The notes under the pieces are model-generated. The model worked only from the letters and a program-made list of their open reading frames with translations, searched no databases and was not told the origin of the DNA. Shown here one piece after another: positions 26,430-40,200 of a DNA stretch of 64,000 nt. A program made the position numbers and the translations under genes. Source of the DNA: Octopus sinensis (taxonomy: Eukaryota); assembly GCF_006345805.1 (NCBI RefSeq), contig NC_043004.1, forward strand, positions 4,774,001 through 4,838,000, in the 5' to 3' direction. Numbering within the stretch: the stretch's first letter is position 1; each line of letters begins with the position of its first letter.

Positions 26430-26810
26430 AGAGTGTCAGGGGAAAGCATGTTGCAGCATTTGTTTGAACTCTTTATGCTGTGGATTCAAATCCTGCTCGG
26501 GTCTACTTTGCCTTTCATCTTTTCAAGGTCATTAAAATAAAGTACCAGTTGAGTACTGGTGGAATCGATAATCCTTTCTCCTCAAATTTACTGGTTTTGT
26601 ACCTAAATCTGAAATCATTGTTATAATTTGTAAGGCAGGGGACTAGTGGAATTGTTAGAGCATCAGAAAAAAAATGTTCTGAGTTCAAATTTTGTAGAGG
26701 TTGGCTTTGCTTTTGGGGTCAATAAAATAGGTACCAGACAATACTGGGTGACTGTTATTGACTTACCCTTCCCCTCAAAATTGCAGGCTTTGCGCCAACA
26801 TTAGAAAGAC
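26430..26810 (+). mobile_element. Two tandem degraded Meta-like SINE copies
   Basis: Two successive ttcaaat...ctttgcctt...ggtca.taaaata.gtacc blocks. Confidence 0.65.
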
Positions 26811-27479
26811 ATAGTATAATTTGTGGACACAGTAGCAATGTAACAAAAGCAAAACAACAAAACAACAAAAGCTTTTTTTCTATATTCCACAATTTGCTAT
26901 ATCTTTTGTCTGTTACCATTGATTTAAATAACACAAATTCTTTCTTTCTTTTAGTTATTGCAAAAGGTTGATTTCTTTATTCATAACAAAAATTGAGCAA
27001 TGAGATGGAAGTGTTTTACAGTAGACAGACTAAGACAAATAGTAATATATTTTAGATAAGGAGCAGAGCAAAATGTCACTGGTAAAGTTTAACTGATAGT
27101 TCTTCAGACTACACTGTTGCAATTCATCTCCTATATTGACTCATACATCTTCAGTCTAAATAGAAACGAGATTAAATTGTTATTTGATTATAACTCTAAA
27201 TTAAATTTCCTGAAATTTTCACTTCTAAAGACTGTTTGAATTTTTTTTTTCTATTTTTTTTATTGCTGTTGTTGTTGTTGCTGAATTTTTGAATCAATAT
27301 TTGTTTACTGATCTACTGATCCACACATAGTGGTCATCTGCTAATTGGACACACATTTAAAAGGGTTTTGGGCAATGTATTAAACAACAGACTACATTTT
27401 CTCTTCAAGTGGTTGCCACCGAGATGCATTTTACAATGCTGCATCATCGATTTAGTTAAAATGATCTTTGCACTCTATC

Positions 27480-27880
27480 ATAGCACAAAAATCTGATGTG
27501 GTCTGTTGTTTAATGTGATAATAGTAGCCAGCAAAGTCTACTCTAAATTGAGCAATAATAGTAGTGATGGGTGGGTTGTGTCCATAAATCTTCTTTGGCC
27601 TTGTGCTCACATCATGGGATGTTTTGAGCACTCGTGAGAAACCACCTGCATGTACCATCGAAGTGATCTTGATGCTCCTTTTTCATAGTCCAGGTTCCAG
27701 CTCCACAGGAAAAGGGGCTCTCTATACATATTCTAAAGGTGAGCTTTGTTGACTTTGAAATACTTCATTATCAGATGTTTTGAAGCTTGTTACTGGCTTT
27801 CTAGGCTAGCCTCTTGCATGTAAAGGACCAATCTAGTTCTTACTGTCAACAATATAAGAGCCATGGTTCTTGGAATTACT
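27480..27880 (-). pseudogene. Decayed RTE-clade LINE reverse-transcriptase C-terminal remnant
   Basis: Minus-strand frames give HGSYIVDSKN, then TFRICIESPFSCGAGTWTMKKEHQDHFDGTCRWFLTSAQNIP*, then after a frameshift KKIYGHNPPITTIIAQFRVDFAGY. These match, in order, the RTE motifs YLGS-I, FR-CIES-LLYG-ETWT, LDG-Y-RMLR---NISW and LYG--PPI---I--RRL-FAGH (consensus from memory). Confidence 0.7.
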
Positions 27881-27929
27881 GGCCTTCTTGAATTTTGTGC
27901 CTCTTTGAGTCCTATGTTTCACTCTAATT

Positions 27930-28192
27930 CAATGGTTCTCAACTAGGGTCCATATGGCCCTTAGGGCTCCATATAAGATTTTGTAGTTAAAATTTATGTG
28001 CAATAAATTGGTTATATTTCTTCAATATACAAAATATTTTCAACAATTTTTTAATACAATTCCTAAATAATATTTAATTATAAAAATATAATTGGATGTT
28101 TTTTTTTATATACAATGAATGGTTGTGACAGTCCAGTAGTGTGAAATAGGAATCAAAGGGTCTATAGGCGAAAAATATTTGAGAACCACTTG
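27930..28192. mobile_element. hAT/Charlie-like MITE
   Basis: TIRs CAATGGTTCTCAA and TTGAGAACCACT(T)G; TSD not recognisable. A partial copy lies at about 53260-53330. Confidence 0.65.
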
Positions 28193-28470
28193 TGTAGTTG
28201 GAGTATATTCATTGTATTTGTTGTAGTTGAAAGATATTCAAGGTAAATGTTTCAGTTATTTGAAGGGTTACTTTAGGAAAGTATTTCAGTAGTTGAGTAT
28301 TCTGGGAAATTGTTTCAATGTCGTAGGAGGGTTGCTTCAAGAAATATGTCAATATAGTTGGCTGATTGCTTTGAGATTGTATTTTAGTGTAGGTTCATGG
28401 AAATGTGTTGCTAGCTGAAAAGGCTTTAGTACACGAGGAAATATGTTATAATAACTGTTTACAGCATTAA

Positions 28471-28690
28471 CTCTTTAGCACTTAAACCAGCCATATCTAA
28501 CCCAAATATTCTATCTGTTTTATATTCAAACTGGTCAGATTTGACCTCTCTCACTTATCCTACAATGTCATTCAAAAAATAAACAATCATATCATTGAAA
28601 CCTTGAAGCTATGAAATAATACATGATTAATTCAAAATAATGTGAATAAATGAACATTACAGTTGACAGAGTAATCTGAATGCTAAAGAG
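28471..28690. mobile_element. piggyBac-type MITE
   Basis: TTAA-CTCTTTAGCA...TGCTAAAGAG-TTAA: perfect 10-bp TIR and TTAA TSD. Confidence 0.85.
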
Positions 28691-29834
28691 TTAAATACTT
28701 ACTGGTTAAAAGCATGAATCTAACCAAAGATAGCCATTTCAATGAATCTCAGCGCTTAGGATACTTTATTTAAATCACAGTGAATCTTCCTCTCAGTCCT
28801 ATTGTGTCTTATATCTGAAACCCCTGCATTAAACACTTTCTCTCCAGTCCTTTTATTTCCAGAACTGATACTCTCTGAAATTCTTTCTCTTCCCACACTT
28901 TCTCTGCATGCATTATTAATCTACAGAAGTTCAGGTTGAACATCAGCTGCATCTACCTTGGTAGCCTGGAAGGACTCGCAAAGGCATTGTTGTTCCCTCT
29001 CTTTAAATTAAATTAAATGAGAAAAATAAAAACAAACTTTATAGTGGAAGTACCATGAGAAGGTGGGTGTCATCACCATTTTTAAATGTTCACTTTTCTA
29101 TGCTAGCATGGATCAGACGGAATTTATTCAGGCAGATTTTCTGTTGCCAGATGCCCTCCCTGTTACCAACCCTCATCCTTTTCCAAGAAAGATAATATTT
29201 TCCTGTGACCAGACATATTTTCATAGAAAATTGGAAACAAAGGATATCATTTGCAAGATGGCATCATTTATTTACAACTATCATGCAATATTAAGGCAAA
29301 GAAACAATAACACATGCATGCACTTGCACATGATGGGCTTCTTTCAGTTTCCCTCTATCAAATCCACTTACAAGACTTTGTGTAACTCAGGGTTATGGTA
29401 AAAAACACCTGTGCAAGTTGCTCTGGATTGGGACTGTACCTGGAAGAATGTAATCAGGAAGCAAATACCTTTCCATTCAGTCACACCCACACCTATTATG
29501 TGTCTTGTTTAGTTAAAAGTGACATCTGGTAGATCTTTCATGTGAGAAAGAGTATGGTCTCTTAAAACACATTGTTGCAGCACAGAAATCATACAAGAAG
29601 CTCCTCATTTAGATGGCTAGTTATAGGTGGTACCCTTATTAAATTAGAGGTTGTGACCCTTTGGTCCCAAGTCCTTACATGTAAAGAATTCAATGAAAAA
29701 TGTTTATTGAAAATCATGTAACCAGCTCAAATTGTAGGAGTTAAACTTTAGTTTCTGCTTCACTAAGCTGTCTGGGTTTCTTATGAATAGGTTGAAGTTA
29801 TGAAAATAGGTTAGACTAGCTATCCATGAATATC

Positions 29835-29874
<40 letters not shown>

Positions 29875-30627
29875 TTGATTTATATCTTATTTCTTTCAAC
29901 AATTGGATATTCAACCAAAATACTTGAAATGACCTATAAATGTACATTTTTTTGTGGTTGAAATCACTTTCTTAGAGAAGTTTGTGTGTGTGTGATTTGT
30001 TTCTTAACCTGTTTCCTATGTGCCTCTAAACAAATGCAAACCAACAAGAACTTTCTCTTCTTAGGCCTGTCTGATGGTCTCTCTCTCTCTCTCTGTTTAT
30101 TTAAACCGGATGTTTATTTAAGTCACCTCACCATTCATCCATTTTACTACTCTCTCCTTTCCTAATCTTGAAATTCAAAGGCCTTCATGCAAAACCCCTA
30201 TAAGTCTTTTGAAAGTAAGTTGCAACACCATTTGGTTTTGTAAATACTATTACCACTAGGGATAGGCTAAATCATTTAGAAGGGGGTCCTCTACTGTGGT
30301 CAAAACTAACTGTTGATTGAAACATTGCTTCAGCTGCAAACATTTTCATTCACACTAGTATTCTTTCTGAAGATAACTCATAGACCCTTTATATCAGCAT
30401 TTATTATAACATATTGTTTCCTCCTCCTCCTCTCTCTCACTCACGCACACACACACACCATATTTGATGGCATAAAAGTTGCATGGGTATATATTGATGC
30501 ACCTCAATTTCAACAGCACATATTCATGAAAAAGAAATTTTTTAGTGTATTAATGCATGTAATATAGGCCCAATTTTGCATTTAGGACCCAGAGTGATGT
30601 CTTATGACATTGTCGTAATATTAGTCT

Positions 30628-30984
30628 TTATTACCCCTGCCTTAGCGAATGCAGAGGTATTGTTTTCAGTTGTGTTTGTTTGTTTGTTTGTTTGTCTGTG
30701 GACAAGGTATCTCAAGAACTGCTAACTGGATTCGGATGACACTTTCAGAGATGTTTGGCTTTGTGACTGGCACAAACTGATTAGATTTTGGGATCGATCC
30801 GGAACCAGACAAGGATTCTGGATTATCTTCCCTGTTTTTTTACTTAATTTTTGAGAGCAGTCAGTTTCATTTTTAGCGTTCTTGTTTGTGAGAGCAGTTG
30901 AGTTTATTCTCATTTTAAAAATCATCTCTGGCTAATCATTGGTGTTGCCTTGACAGGGCTTTGTGCTCTCTGAGTTCTCTTGTT
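30628..30984 (+). mobile_element. Probable non-autonomous Helentron-type (HINE/DINE-1-like) element
   Basis: 5' ttattacccctgcc...gcagaggtattgttttc, then (GTTT)n, central ttttgggatcgatccgga, and 3' ccttgacagggctttgtgctctctgagttctcttgtt. The layout is recalled from Helentron-associated elements. Confidence 0.55.
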
Positions 30985-32032
30985 ATATATTGTTATGGTT
31001 ATATTGTCATCCCATATCTAATATTGCTCTCAAAGTTTCACAAATATGTGTACGTTGATTAACTTCCACTAATCTCTGGATTAATATTTGTTGTCGTTTA
31101 TCTCAAGGTCATCTCTGATCCATATAACAAGATTAAAAGCATTTCAACTTTTATCATCCAATTCTTTTTTTTCTTATTTAATGATCAATGTGCAATATTT
31201 TAGAAGCATAAAAATCAAACTTTTTAAAATTTTATTAAAGAACTTTTTTTAATTATAATTTATTGCTAATTGAAGCTTTACAATAAAATCTGTGAAACCC
31301 TAAAACATAGGTCTTAGTTTCCACACAGTATCGTATTAGTATCAAAAATCTAATTTTTCAAATTTTGTTAGATATTTTGTTTTTAATTATAAATCATAAT
31401 TGATTGAAGCTTTACAATAAAATTCTTTTATCTTAGATTTTATTTATGCTAAAAACTGATTTTGCACCAGTTGGTGGAATTGATAACTAGAAGGGATTCA
31501 CCTGAGAACTTGGTTAAATATAGACTTGTAAATTTACCCCCATGAAATCTTCAGTTGCTATTATTGATTTTTCTTGTAACATGTCAGCAATTTTCTAAAT
31601 TTCATAGAAGCTATTTTTCTTTCTAAATGAAAGTTATTTTTATCATATTTTTAAAATTGTGTGTATGTGTATGAGCTGGGCTTCTGGTACAATTATTCAC
31701 ACTAGTTTAGGAAGGTCTGCAAAGGTAATGAGCACTCTTTCTTCTTCTGTACAAGCATTTCAGAAACTAAAAAAGTAAAGTGAGGTGGTGTAAGAGGAGT
31801 GTGTGAGGAATAGATAGAAGGAATAAGAAATGTAGTTGAAAGAGAGACAGAGAAGGAGGGAGGGATAAAGAGAGAATAAGTGATAATACATGAACTGCAG
31901 AAAGAGAAAAAGCAACAAAGAATGCACTAGAGAGAGATATTACTAACTGAGATGTTATGGGACCAACACTACTGACAGGAGTACATAGTGCACACCACCC
32001 ACCATCCTTTCAAAATAAAACTGGCAGTCCAT

Positions 32033-32332
32033 CAGTTGTGATTATGAGGGTTCCAGTTGATCCAATCAATGGAACAGACTGTTTGTGTGAGTGGCTGAGC
32101 ACTCCACAGCCTTGTGTACCATCAACATAGGTCTCAGGGAGATTCAGTGTGAAGCAGAATGTGAGAAGGCTGGCCCTTTTAATTGCAAATACTATTCAGT
32201 CCTTTTTGCCAGCTAAGTAGACTGGAACAATGTAAAATAAAGTGTCTTGCTCAGGACTCAGTGCACTGCCAGGAATCAAACTCATGACCTTATGATCATA
32301 AGCTGAATACCCCTAACCACTAAACCACACGC
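32033..32332 (-). mobile_element. tRNA-headed SINE sharing head and central block with 1584-1844 but with a different tail
   Basis: gccagctaagtagactgg...aagtgtcttgctcagg...ggaatcaaactcatgacc...taaccactaaaccac; sister copy at 47560-47865. Confidence 0.8.
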
Positions 32333-32659
32333 TTTTGCTTCCTTTGAAAATATTGTCGATTTGAATATGGTTTATTTATTTGTTTTAATTTTTACTAATC
32401 GAAACTGCTGTGTTTCAAAGAACCAAAATTCTTCTAGTTAGTGCATGCAACAATATCCTTACTTTGATATTGTTATCTATTGTTAATTATTATTTATTAA
32501 TTTTTGGTCTTATCAGTTTAGGGAATAATGAACGTGATTACTGCTGAATAGCATTTAATTAAAGTGTGTGAATTTATCCATAATTTACTGGTTCATTCCA
32601 GTTAAAATTAATCTGCTGGATAAGGTTTCTAAGAGAATGAATAATAATAATAATAATGG

Positions 32660-33505
32660 TAATTTATTACATAGGCACAAGGTCACATACTTTTGGAGGG
32701 AGGGGTGTGGTTAGTTAAATCACCTCCAGTATTTTCTTGGTATTTATTTTATTGATCCCAGTAGGATGAAAGGCCAAGTTGACCTCAGTAGTATTAAAGG
32801 CCAAGATGACTCCAGCAGAATTTGAATACAATACTTTAAGGGTTATAACTACATAACCATAAGGAAGAAAAGCTATTGAAAAATGCTCCTCTGATACTAA
32901 TAATGATAGCTAACTTTGGCACAGTGCTACAAATTTGAAGAGGAGAATTCTAGTAGACTTAATCTGTCACTATAATATGGGTTTGGTACTTATTTTATTG
33001 ACTCTAGAAGACAAAGGTAAAAAATTGGCCAAGATGTAACGTATACTTAGAATTTAGAGGAACACGCAAGGTGTAGAAAGGCATTTAGTTCAGCACACAA
33101 GGGTTTCTGTTTCTTAGTTGCCTCATCATCATCATCAAGTAGTATATTTAATGGTCTTTTGGGTTCTGAGTTCAAACCCAATCAAGGTCAACTTTGCTGT
33201 TCATCCATCTAGGGTCAGTAGAATAAAGTACTAATCATGGTTTTATCAACTAACCCCTCCCTACAAATTTGTGGTCAGGTGCATTATTATTATTGTTGAG
33301 GTGAGCTGGCAGAATTGTTACCGCACCAGATAAAATGCTTGGCAGCATTTCATCTGTCTCTACAGTCTGAGCTCAAACACTGCTGAGGTTGACTTTGCCT
33401 GTCATCCTTTCAAGGTCAATGGAAAACATACCAATTAAGCATTGGGGTTGATGTAATCAACTATCCCTTTTTCCTAAAATTTCAGACCTTGTGCCTTTAG
33501 TAGAA
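32660..33505. mobile_element. Cluster of Meta-like SINE copies in both orientations
   Basis: Minus copies at about 32660-32830 and 32910-33110; plus copies at about 33130-33290 and 33297-33505. Confidence 0.7.
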
Positions 33506-33750
33506 AGGATTATTATTTTTATTTTTTGTTGTATTTTTAATCATGCTCTTACACATTTTGTTCAATGGTTGACATTTTTACTTGTGGGTGGGTGAGACTT
33601 CTAATAATTACCAGCCAAGCACAAGGCCAATTTCGTTGATCATATTACATCTTCCCTGTAGTTTTGTAGCCTTGTGCCCAAGTAAGAAATTGTTGATAAT
33701 TATAATAAACATCTATCTGACGATATAAAACTGGTATAATAGAATTGGAG

Positions 33751-33790
<40 letters not shown>

Positions 33791-34385
33791 CATGCCCTGA
33801 TGCAGTACCAGGCAGTGACTCTCATTTCATGGATTCTGATCTTAACTGATTGGAAGTGTTATCATGTACACTGTTTTGTCTTGGTATAAAAGATGGGCTA
33901 CAGCAAATATTCTGCTCAATACCACAGATTTGCTTGTCAGTTGTTTGACTGTAACCAGTTGACCATGTCCCTTAGTGGCTGACGATATGTGCATCTCTGA
34001 TCATGAGCAGAAGTAGTGGGGGAGCATCATAGCCATGGGTTGAGATGAATTCTTTAGGGTCTGAATAGGTCACCGCTGGAAACATGGATGTTTCGTTCAG
34101 CATCCTTAAACGACCCTTATTCAGAGACCTTTTGAGCAGGATGGGCTACTCGACCAGAAGAAAATTCTAACTGGGCCACACCTGCATGGTCATGTGCTGT
34201 TTATCTTGATATGAGATCACCATGTCGCACACATATGGTTGTGATGCATGTGCCTAGCGTACCTTTATCAGATGGGTATTCATGATGGGTATACTGGGCT
34301 TTGTATATTTTACCCCAGTGTTACTTTGATGGCATGCACTATTCTCTCACTCAATAATAATAATAATTATAATAATAATAATAAT
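33791..34385 (+). mobile_element. About 560-bp non-coding interspersed element between (TAA)n tracts
   Basis: Starts atgccctgatgcagtaccaggcagtg directly after (TAA)n and ends ctctcactc(AAT)n; a second copy with the same termini is at 51492-52051. Confidence 0.85.
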
Positions 34386-34883
34386 CAATGTTTGCATGTA
34401 TCAAGTTTTCCTTGCAAGGATCACTTTACACATGGAGTCTTAGATATATTACGTCTGAACAAATGACAGGATGATCATGGCTGGAACACTTTCAATAGTA
34501 GGTCACTTTAATCAGAGCTGTCTTTAAAACACTCCCGAACAAACACATTGACAAAAACAAAATCCAGACATAACACCTATGAACAACTTTGTCAGATGGA
34601 GCTGAGCCTGATAGTTCAGTGTATAATCTTATAATTTAATAATTTCATAGTGATGTTAAAGAGCTTTATGGTAGCATAATAGAAAGGTTGATTGGTTGAT
34701 AGAGTTGACACCTTCACACACAATGATTTCTCTACATTCTGGTAACAGAATTTTTGTTTACACCTTTCAGTCTCTAATTAGATTTAGGAATGCCTGAGAG
34801 GAATTAATATAAATATTTTGTAAACTAAATGCTAATCAGCTCCAGCAGTATGATAGTGCTTTTAATATCAATAGTAATAATAA

Positions 34884-35545
34884 GACAGCGAGCTGGCAGA
34901 ATTGTTAGCATACTGGGCAAAATGCTTAATGGTATTTTGTCTGTCTTTATGTTCTGAATTCAAATTCTGCTGAAGTCAACTTTGCTTTTATTTTTTGGGG
35001 TTAATGAAATAAGTACCAGTTGATCACTGGGGTTGATGTAATCAACTAGCTTCTTCCCTCAAAATGTCAGGCCTTGTGCCTATAGAAGAAAGAAATATCA
35101 ATAGTAATAATAATGATTCCTAACATTGGCCACAAGGAGCATATTTATAAAGTGGTGGGTATAGTCAATGAAATAAAGTCTCGGGATATTGTTGGTACTT
35201 TTTTCTTTCTTTTTTTTTTTTAATCAACTTTAGTCAATCCTAGCAAGATTTGAACTTACAATATAATTACAGCAACCTATTTTGTTCAACACTACTGATT
35301 CTGTCATCCAATAATTCTTTTTTTCTAATTTTGACATAAGGCTAGCAGTTTTAAGGGGAGGGGGTAAGTTAATTATATTGACCTGATTCAAATACTTGAC
35401 TAGTACTTTATTTTTTCTCCTCCAAAAGAATGAAAGGCAGAGTTGACCTCAGCAGGATTTGAGCTCAGACATAAAGAGCAGGAAAAAAATGCTGCTAAGC
35501 ATTTTTCCAATGCCTTAATGGTTCTGCCAGTTCACTGCCTTTCTA
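34884..35545. mobile_element. Two Meta-like SINE copies in tail-to-tail (inverted) orientation
   Basis: Plus copy 34884-35092 (gcgagctggcagaattgttagca...) and minus copy at about 35330-35545. Confidence 0.75.
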
Positions 35546-37183
35546 TTATCCAATAATAATGGTACTAGTGAAATATTTGGCTTAAGAGAATTTGCTAACC
35601 AACCCTTGTAGTTACTGTAGCTTAAATATGATATCATATGTAATACCAATAGAAAAAAAAATCATAAATCTAGTTATGTTGCTTTTAGGTAAGTATTCAC
35701 AAGTCAGCCTTAATTGTGGAAGACCAATTAGTTTTTTAGGTGTAATTCATAAGTGCTGAGAGAGTGACACTCCTTAAGTCACTCAATCAAATCACACTCT
35801 ATTGTCTTTAAAAAAAAAGGAAAAGAACATATTTGATAATGTAGTCTATATACACTACTACTTCTGCACTGAGAAGAAAGGAGGTGCTGTCGTTACAGCT
35901 GGAATACCTTTCATCATAGATCTGCTCAAATAAGTTTGTCCTGTGGTTAAACAACAACTACCTGTGGTTTACTATTTAAGCATACATTGTACAGTACTAC
36001 AGATATGTTGTGTTGGAGATCCAATAATGTAGTAGTTGAAATGTTGCATCTATGCTCCTATGGTATTTGAAGTTGCATTAGCAAGGCATGAAGTGTATCA
36101 CTTTGAAAAGGATTAAATAAACTGAACCCCATTTGTCCCTTAATAAATGTTTGACTAACATAAAGGAAGATGAAACAAATGACCACTATTGACATGTTTG
36201 TGAAAGGGTTGGTCTGTTGAGTTGATAGGTTTGTTTTTGTGTATAGCGATAGTGAAATTGGGAAGTGGAGATAGTTATGAAGAAACCAGTTTATTGTAAA
36301 TAGCATTACAGAAAATGGAGAAAAGGTCAGCATTGCTTTGAAGTTCTCTGTTAACTTTTCACTGTTAAAGGTCACTTTTGATGTCACTGTATAAGTGTAT
36401 ACAATCACTAGAGTAGGCTTAGGGTTATGTCTATGATATTGAAGTTGAAAATATATTCCTCTTGTGTGGTTTTTTTTTTTTTTGCCAATAGATCTTTCTT
36501 CTAATGCCAACCATTCAACCATGAAGTAGAAGCACTACCTATTTTTCAGCCAAGCAATTAAAGTATTAACGTAATATATTTTGTCTAAATTGAGAATGAA
36601 ATACTCATAATGTGGTTTGAACTCATAATCATTGTTCTTGTAATTTAGTACTCTGACCATTCAACCATTCAATAATACCACCTCAAATTTTCATTTGTTT
36701 TTCCATTAAAAGTACATTTTATATTGGTGGCTAAGTGGAAGTCTGGGAGTGTTAGTAGAAATGACATACAAAGTTTATCAGAGGAAACAGCTTTTATTGA
36801 ATCTAGAATATTGAGCTGCTGAGGTTCAAAGAAAGCATTGAAGGATGAACTCTTATTTTGTCCATTTATTGATAATGGATGAGGAACTATTGTAAAATGG
36901 TTGACAGTGATTAACATGTTTTAGAAAACATGAGAATAATATTTTAAATTGACTTAAAAGAAATATTGCTTCTGTCTTATTTATTGATTATTTTCTGTTG
37001 TATTAGTTGAACACTAGTAGTGTTGGTTACAGGTTTCTAATGGGTTAATCACTTGTTTATTGCATTGCTTATGCTGAGAGTGACAAAGGAGTGTTCGTGA
37101 TTTGATGCAGAACTGTTATCACCAAGAATTTTTTAAATCACCAATTTTTCTTTTTTTCTCTAAGCTTCTGTTTATGTCTTTTG

Positions 37184-37185
<2 letters not shown>

Positions 37186-37236
<51 letters not shown>
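37186..37236. repeat. (TG)n microsatellite
   Basis: Long perfect TG run. Confidence 0.95.
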
Positions 37237-37239
<3 letters not shown>

Positions 37240-40200
37240 TGGACGCATGCATAGTTTCTATCTACCAAATTCTACTCTCAAAGCATTAGTGAACCTGACA
37301 CATGGTTATAAAACAAGTTCATTACCCTTATAATCATGCCTATGCCACAACTTAGATGATCCAAAGAATATAACTGTAAAGATGCCTTCATATCATCAGT
37401 AACAGATAAATGATGAAAAATTTTGAACTTATAACTGTTGGGAGCTAAAATAGAAAGTTGACTAATAAAAAAATGATGATTTCTGCACTATTAATATGGC
37501 ATTCTCTGATCACATTGTGTATTTACACAATGTAACCTTGATTTCTAAACAAAATTATATTAACATCTTAAGTCACAAGTGTGGGTTATCTCTAAACTTT
37601 GCAGATTCCTCACTCTTGTAAAATCTACCCTAGAGGGGTCCAGACTAAAATATGGCTTCTGTAACATTGAAAATACTTGTAGAATGTTTTGGAAAATGAA
37701 ACTGGTTTTCCAGTATAGGTAAGAATAGAACATGGAAAATTACAAGGGAAATGATATTAGTCATTGCCTGAAATTTTTCCCCCCCTCAACATATATTATT
37801 TCTAATTAGGATTTCAATGCTCCATTAATAAATATATTAAATACTAATTTACCTATTAACTATACCTGGTTAATAAATTGATGATACATAAACAGTGGTG
37901 ACAGCAGTTTGTTTTAGCTTCAAGCCAATCCTGACTCAGCAAACATAGGTTCAAAGGCATTCCAGCCATGATCATTCCATCTTTTCTTAGTTCACTACAA
38001 TGACTACATTCTCAAATATATGCCTCTTTAAATCAAGAGAGTGTGTGTGATAAGTGGAGACTATTTTTAGCAGGTTTGGCTATCATGCAATGGGGTTGTC
38101 ATTGATTTGTGTTCTCATTGTTTAACTGATTGAGCAAGATATATAATCAAAGGCTTTCTAGTTGTGACCATCCTGTCTTCTTTTTTTTCCAAACATAGTG
38201 TATTTAGGACTAAATTATCCAATATATATAATCAGTTCAAAAGTGGAGTAAAGTGTTTTGTTGTACAGATACAGAAACGGTAGCATTTTAGACATAAATC
38301 TATGTTGGAGAGAAATGTTATCTGATGATATCAATGGTAAACTTATTTGCTCCAATTTAGATCTGTTTATACTCAATAATTGCTTACAGGATTCATTGCT
38401 AGTATCCTAGGATCCTACTACTGTATCCAACGTGTGTCTTTTCTTTTTCAAGACAATTTGCTGTGAGTTGTAAGAGATTTTAATGCTAATTTTGGCAATA
38501 TGAAGGGTGATGTAGAGGCTCCTCCATTCATTGCCTTAAGATGTTTTTCCTTCTTCAAGTAATAAATGTGCTTTGAAAAGATTTTTTATGGCATGTGCCT
38601 TTGTTTGCTGGCTTCTCCCTTATATAAAATAATTGAATTTATATAGAGCCACCTTGTTTTAATGTCCATAAGTGTCAATGCACGAAACTCTTGGCCCTTG
38701 AGTCACTGTTGCTTCTGCTAAATATTAATAAATATATATATTTATTTATTTAATAGAAGCATCTTCTTTAAATGTCCATCTTCAATACTGGCAGGGTTTG
38801 GAATATATATATATATATATATAAATGAATAGTTTTGCATTTCCTATTTTGTGCATATACATAGTATTAACTTACTCTTAAGTGATTGTTTAAAGCATAA
38901 TGGCTCAGTTATATCGCTGTCTTTAAAGGAATCAACCAATTGTTTCAATGTAATGAGTTGCGTTCTATATTGAAGATGGCAGACTCAATTAAGCAGCTAC
39001 CAGAAACCTATGTTTAAGCTGTCTTGCTACAGCTCAACACTGAAATCAACTTAATCAGTGTAATCATCTGGTAAATGACATGTTTGCTGAAATGTTGGTA
39101 AACCACCTATTCTTCCCACTCTTGGCTTCATATATACCATTTATATATATATGATCCAGTTTGTGGTTGCATTTTCTTTTTTTTTTTCTGTTTTTTCTTT
39201 CCTTTTTTTTTCTATTTAGTTATTTCATTTGGAATATTTCTTGTGATTCAATCAATAATTAACCAATATAGATGATGTGTGGGATATTGATATGTTTTCT
39301 TTTTCTGTGGTAGATATTTTGAATTTACTATTGAACTTTTTTTGAATAATTCTTCTGATTGTTTTTTTTTTTTTTTTTTGCTGAAGATTCTTGTGTATCT
39401 CTCTTGTCCTCAAGAAATGTATGAGGCAGTAGTAATTGTATTATTGCTGATGGAAGTGTTCTTTTGTTGTCATAGTGGTGATGGTAGTGGTGATAATATT
39501 GGTTGTGGAAATAGTTGTGGTTGCGATGAAGGTTGTTGTTGTTGGTAAGCCTAGATCAGCCATGACCTAGCTGTATTTTTTCCAACATAGGTTGTCAATT
39601 TGCAATACATAGATTTAAATTTTTTAAATGCTTGTGTATGATTCAGTAGATATTTTGCTACTGCTTCTAGGAAGTTAAGCGATCATGAAGTGTATATTGA
39701 AATATGAAACATCCCCACTGTCTCTGCTATATTATCCTATACCCTTTCTATATATAAAAAAGACAAAAAAAAAAAACAATAACCCTTTCTTTCATTCATT
39801 ATCTCATAGTCCTATTCTATAGACAATTTAAAGAATTTAATATCATTTCTGAATTATTCCTTTGATTTGAACCAACCTTCGTTATGTTTCATATTTCTAC
39901 TGGGGAGTGAAGTGTTCTGACCATCAGGCAAGTATAGGAATGGCTTGACTCCACTTCTCATGCTGATCTATGTCGCTCCTTGATAGGTCAAGTGGTCAAG
40001 TTTCCACTTGTACTACCATGGCAACTGTCACAACCACTACCTCAGTCACTGCTATCACCAACGCCACATATGAAGTATGTTTGGAGTTTCTTCATTACTT
40101 ATAATTAATAGCAATTTCAAGGGTTGGAGTGGGATCATGGTGTGGTGTTCTTTGTAAACCAGGTCAGTGATATGATTTTTCACTCTCATTTAGTGCTTTC

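Noticed and set aside
36058-36522. 154-aa minus-strand ORF
   Set aside because: No recognisable domain, includes a poly-K from a T-run, and has no splice context; consistent with chance.
39342-39548. Cys/Gly-rich ORF resembling a metallothionein tail
   Set aside because: Derived from degenerate (GTT)/(GAT)/(GGT) trinucleotide sequence; the nearby donor is phase 2 and incompatible with the Abl acceptor.
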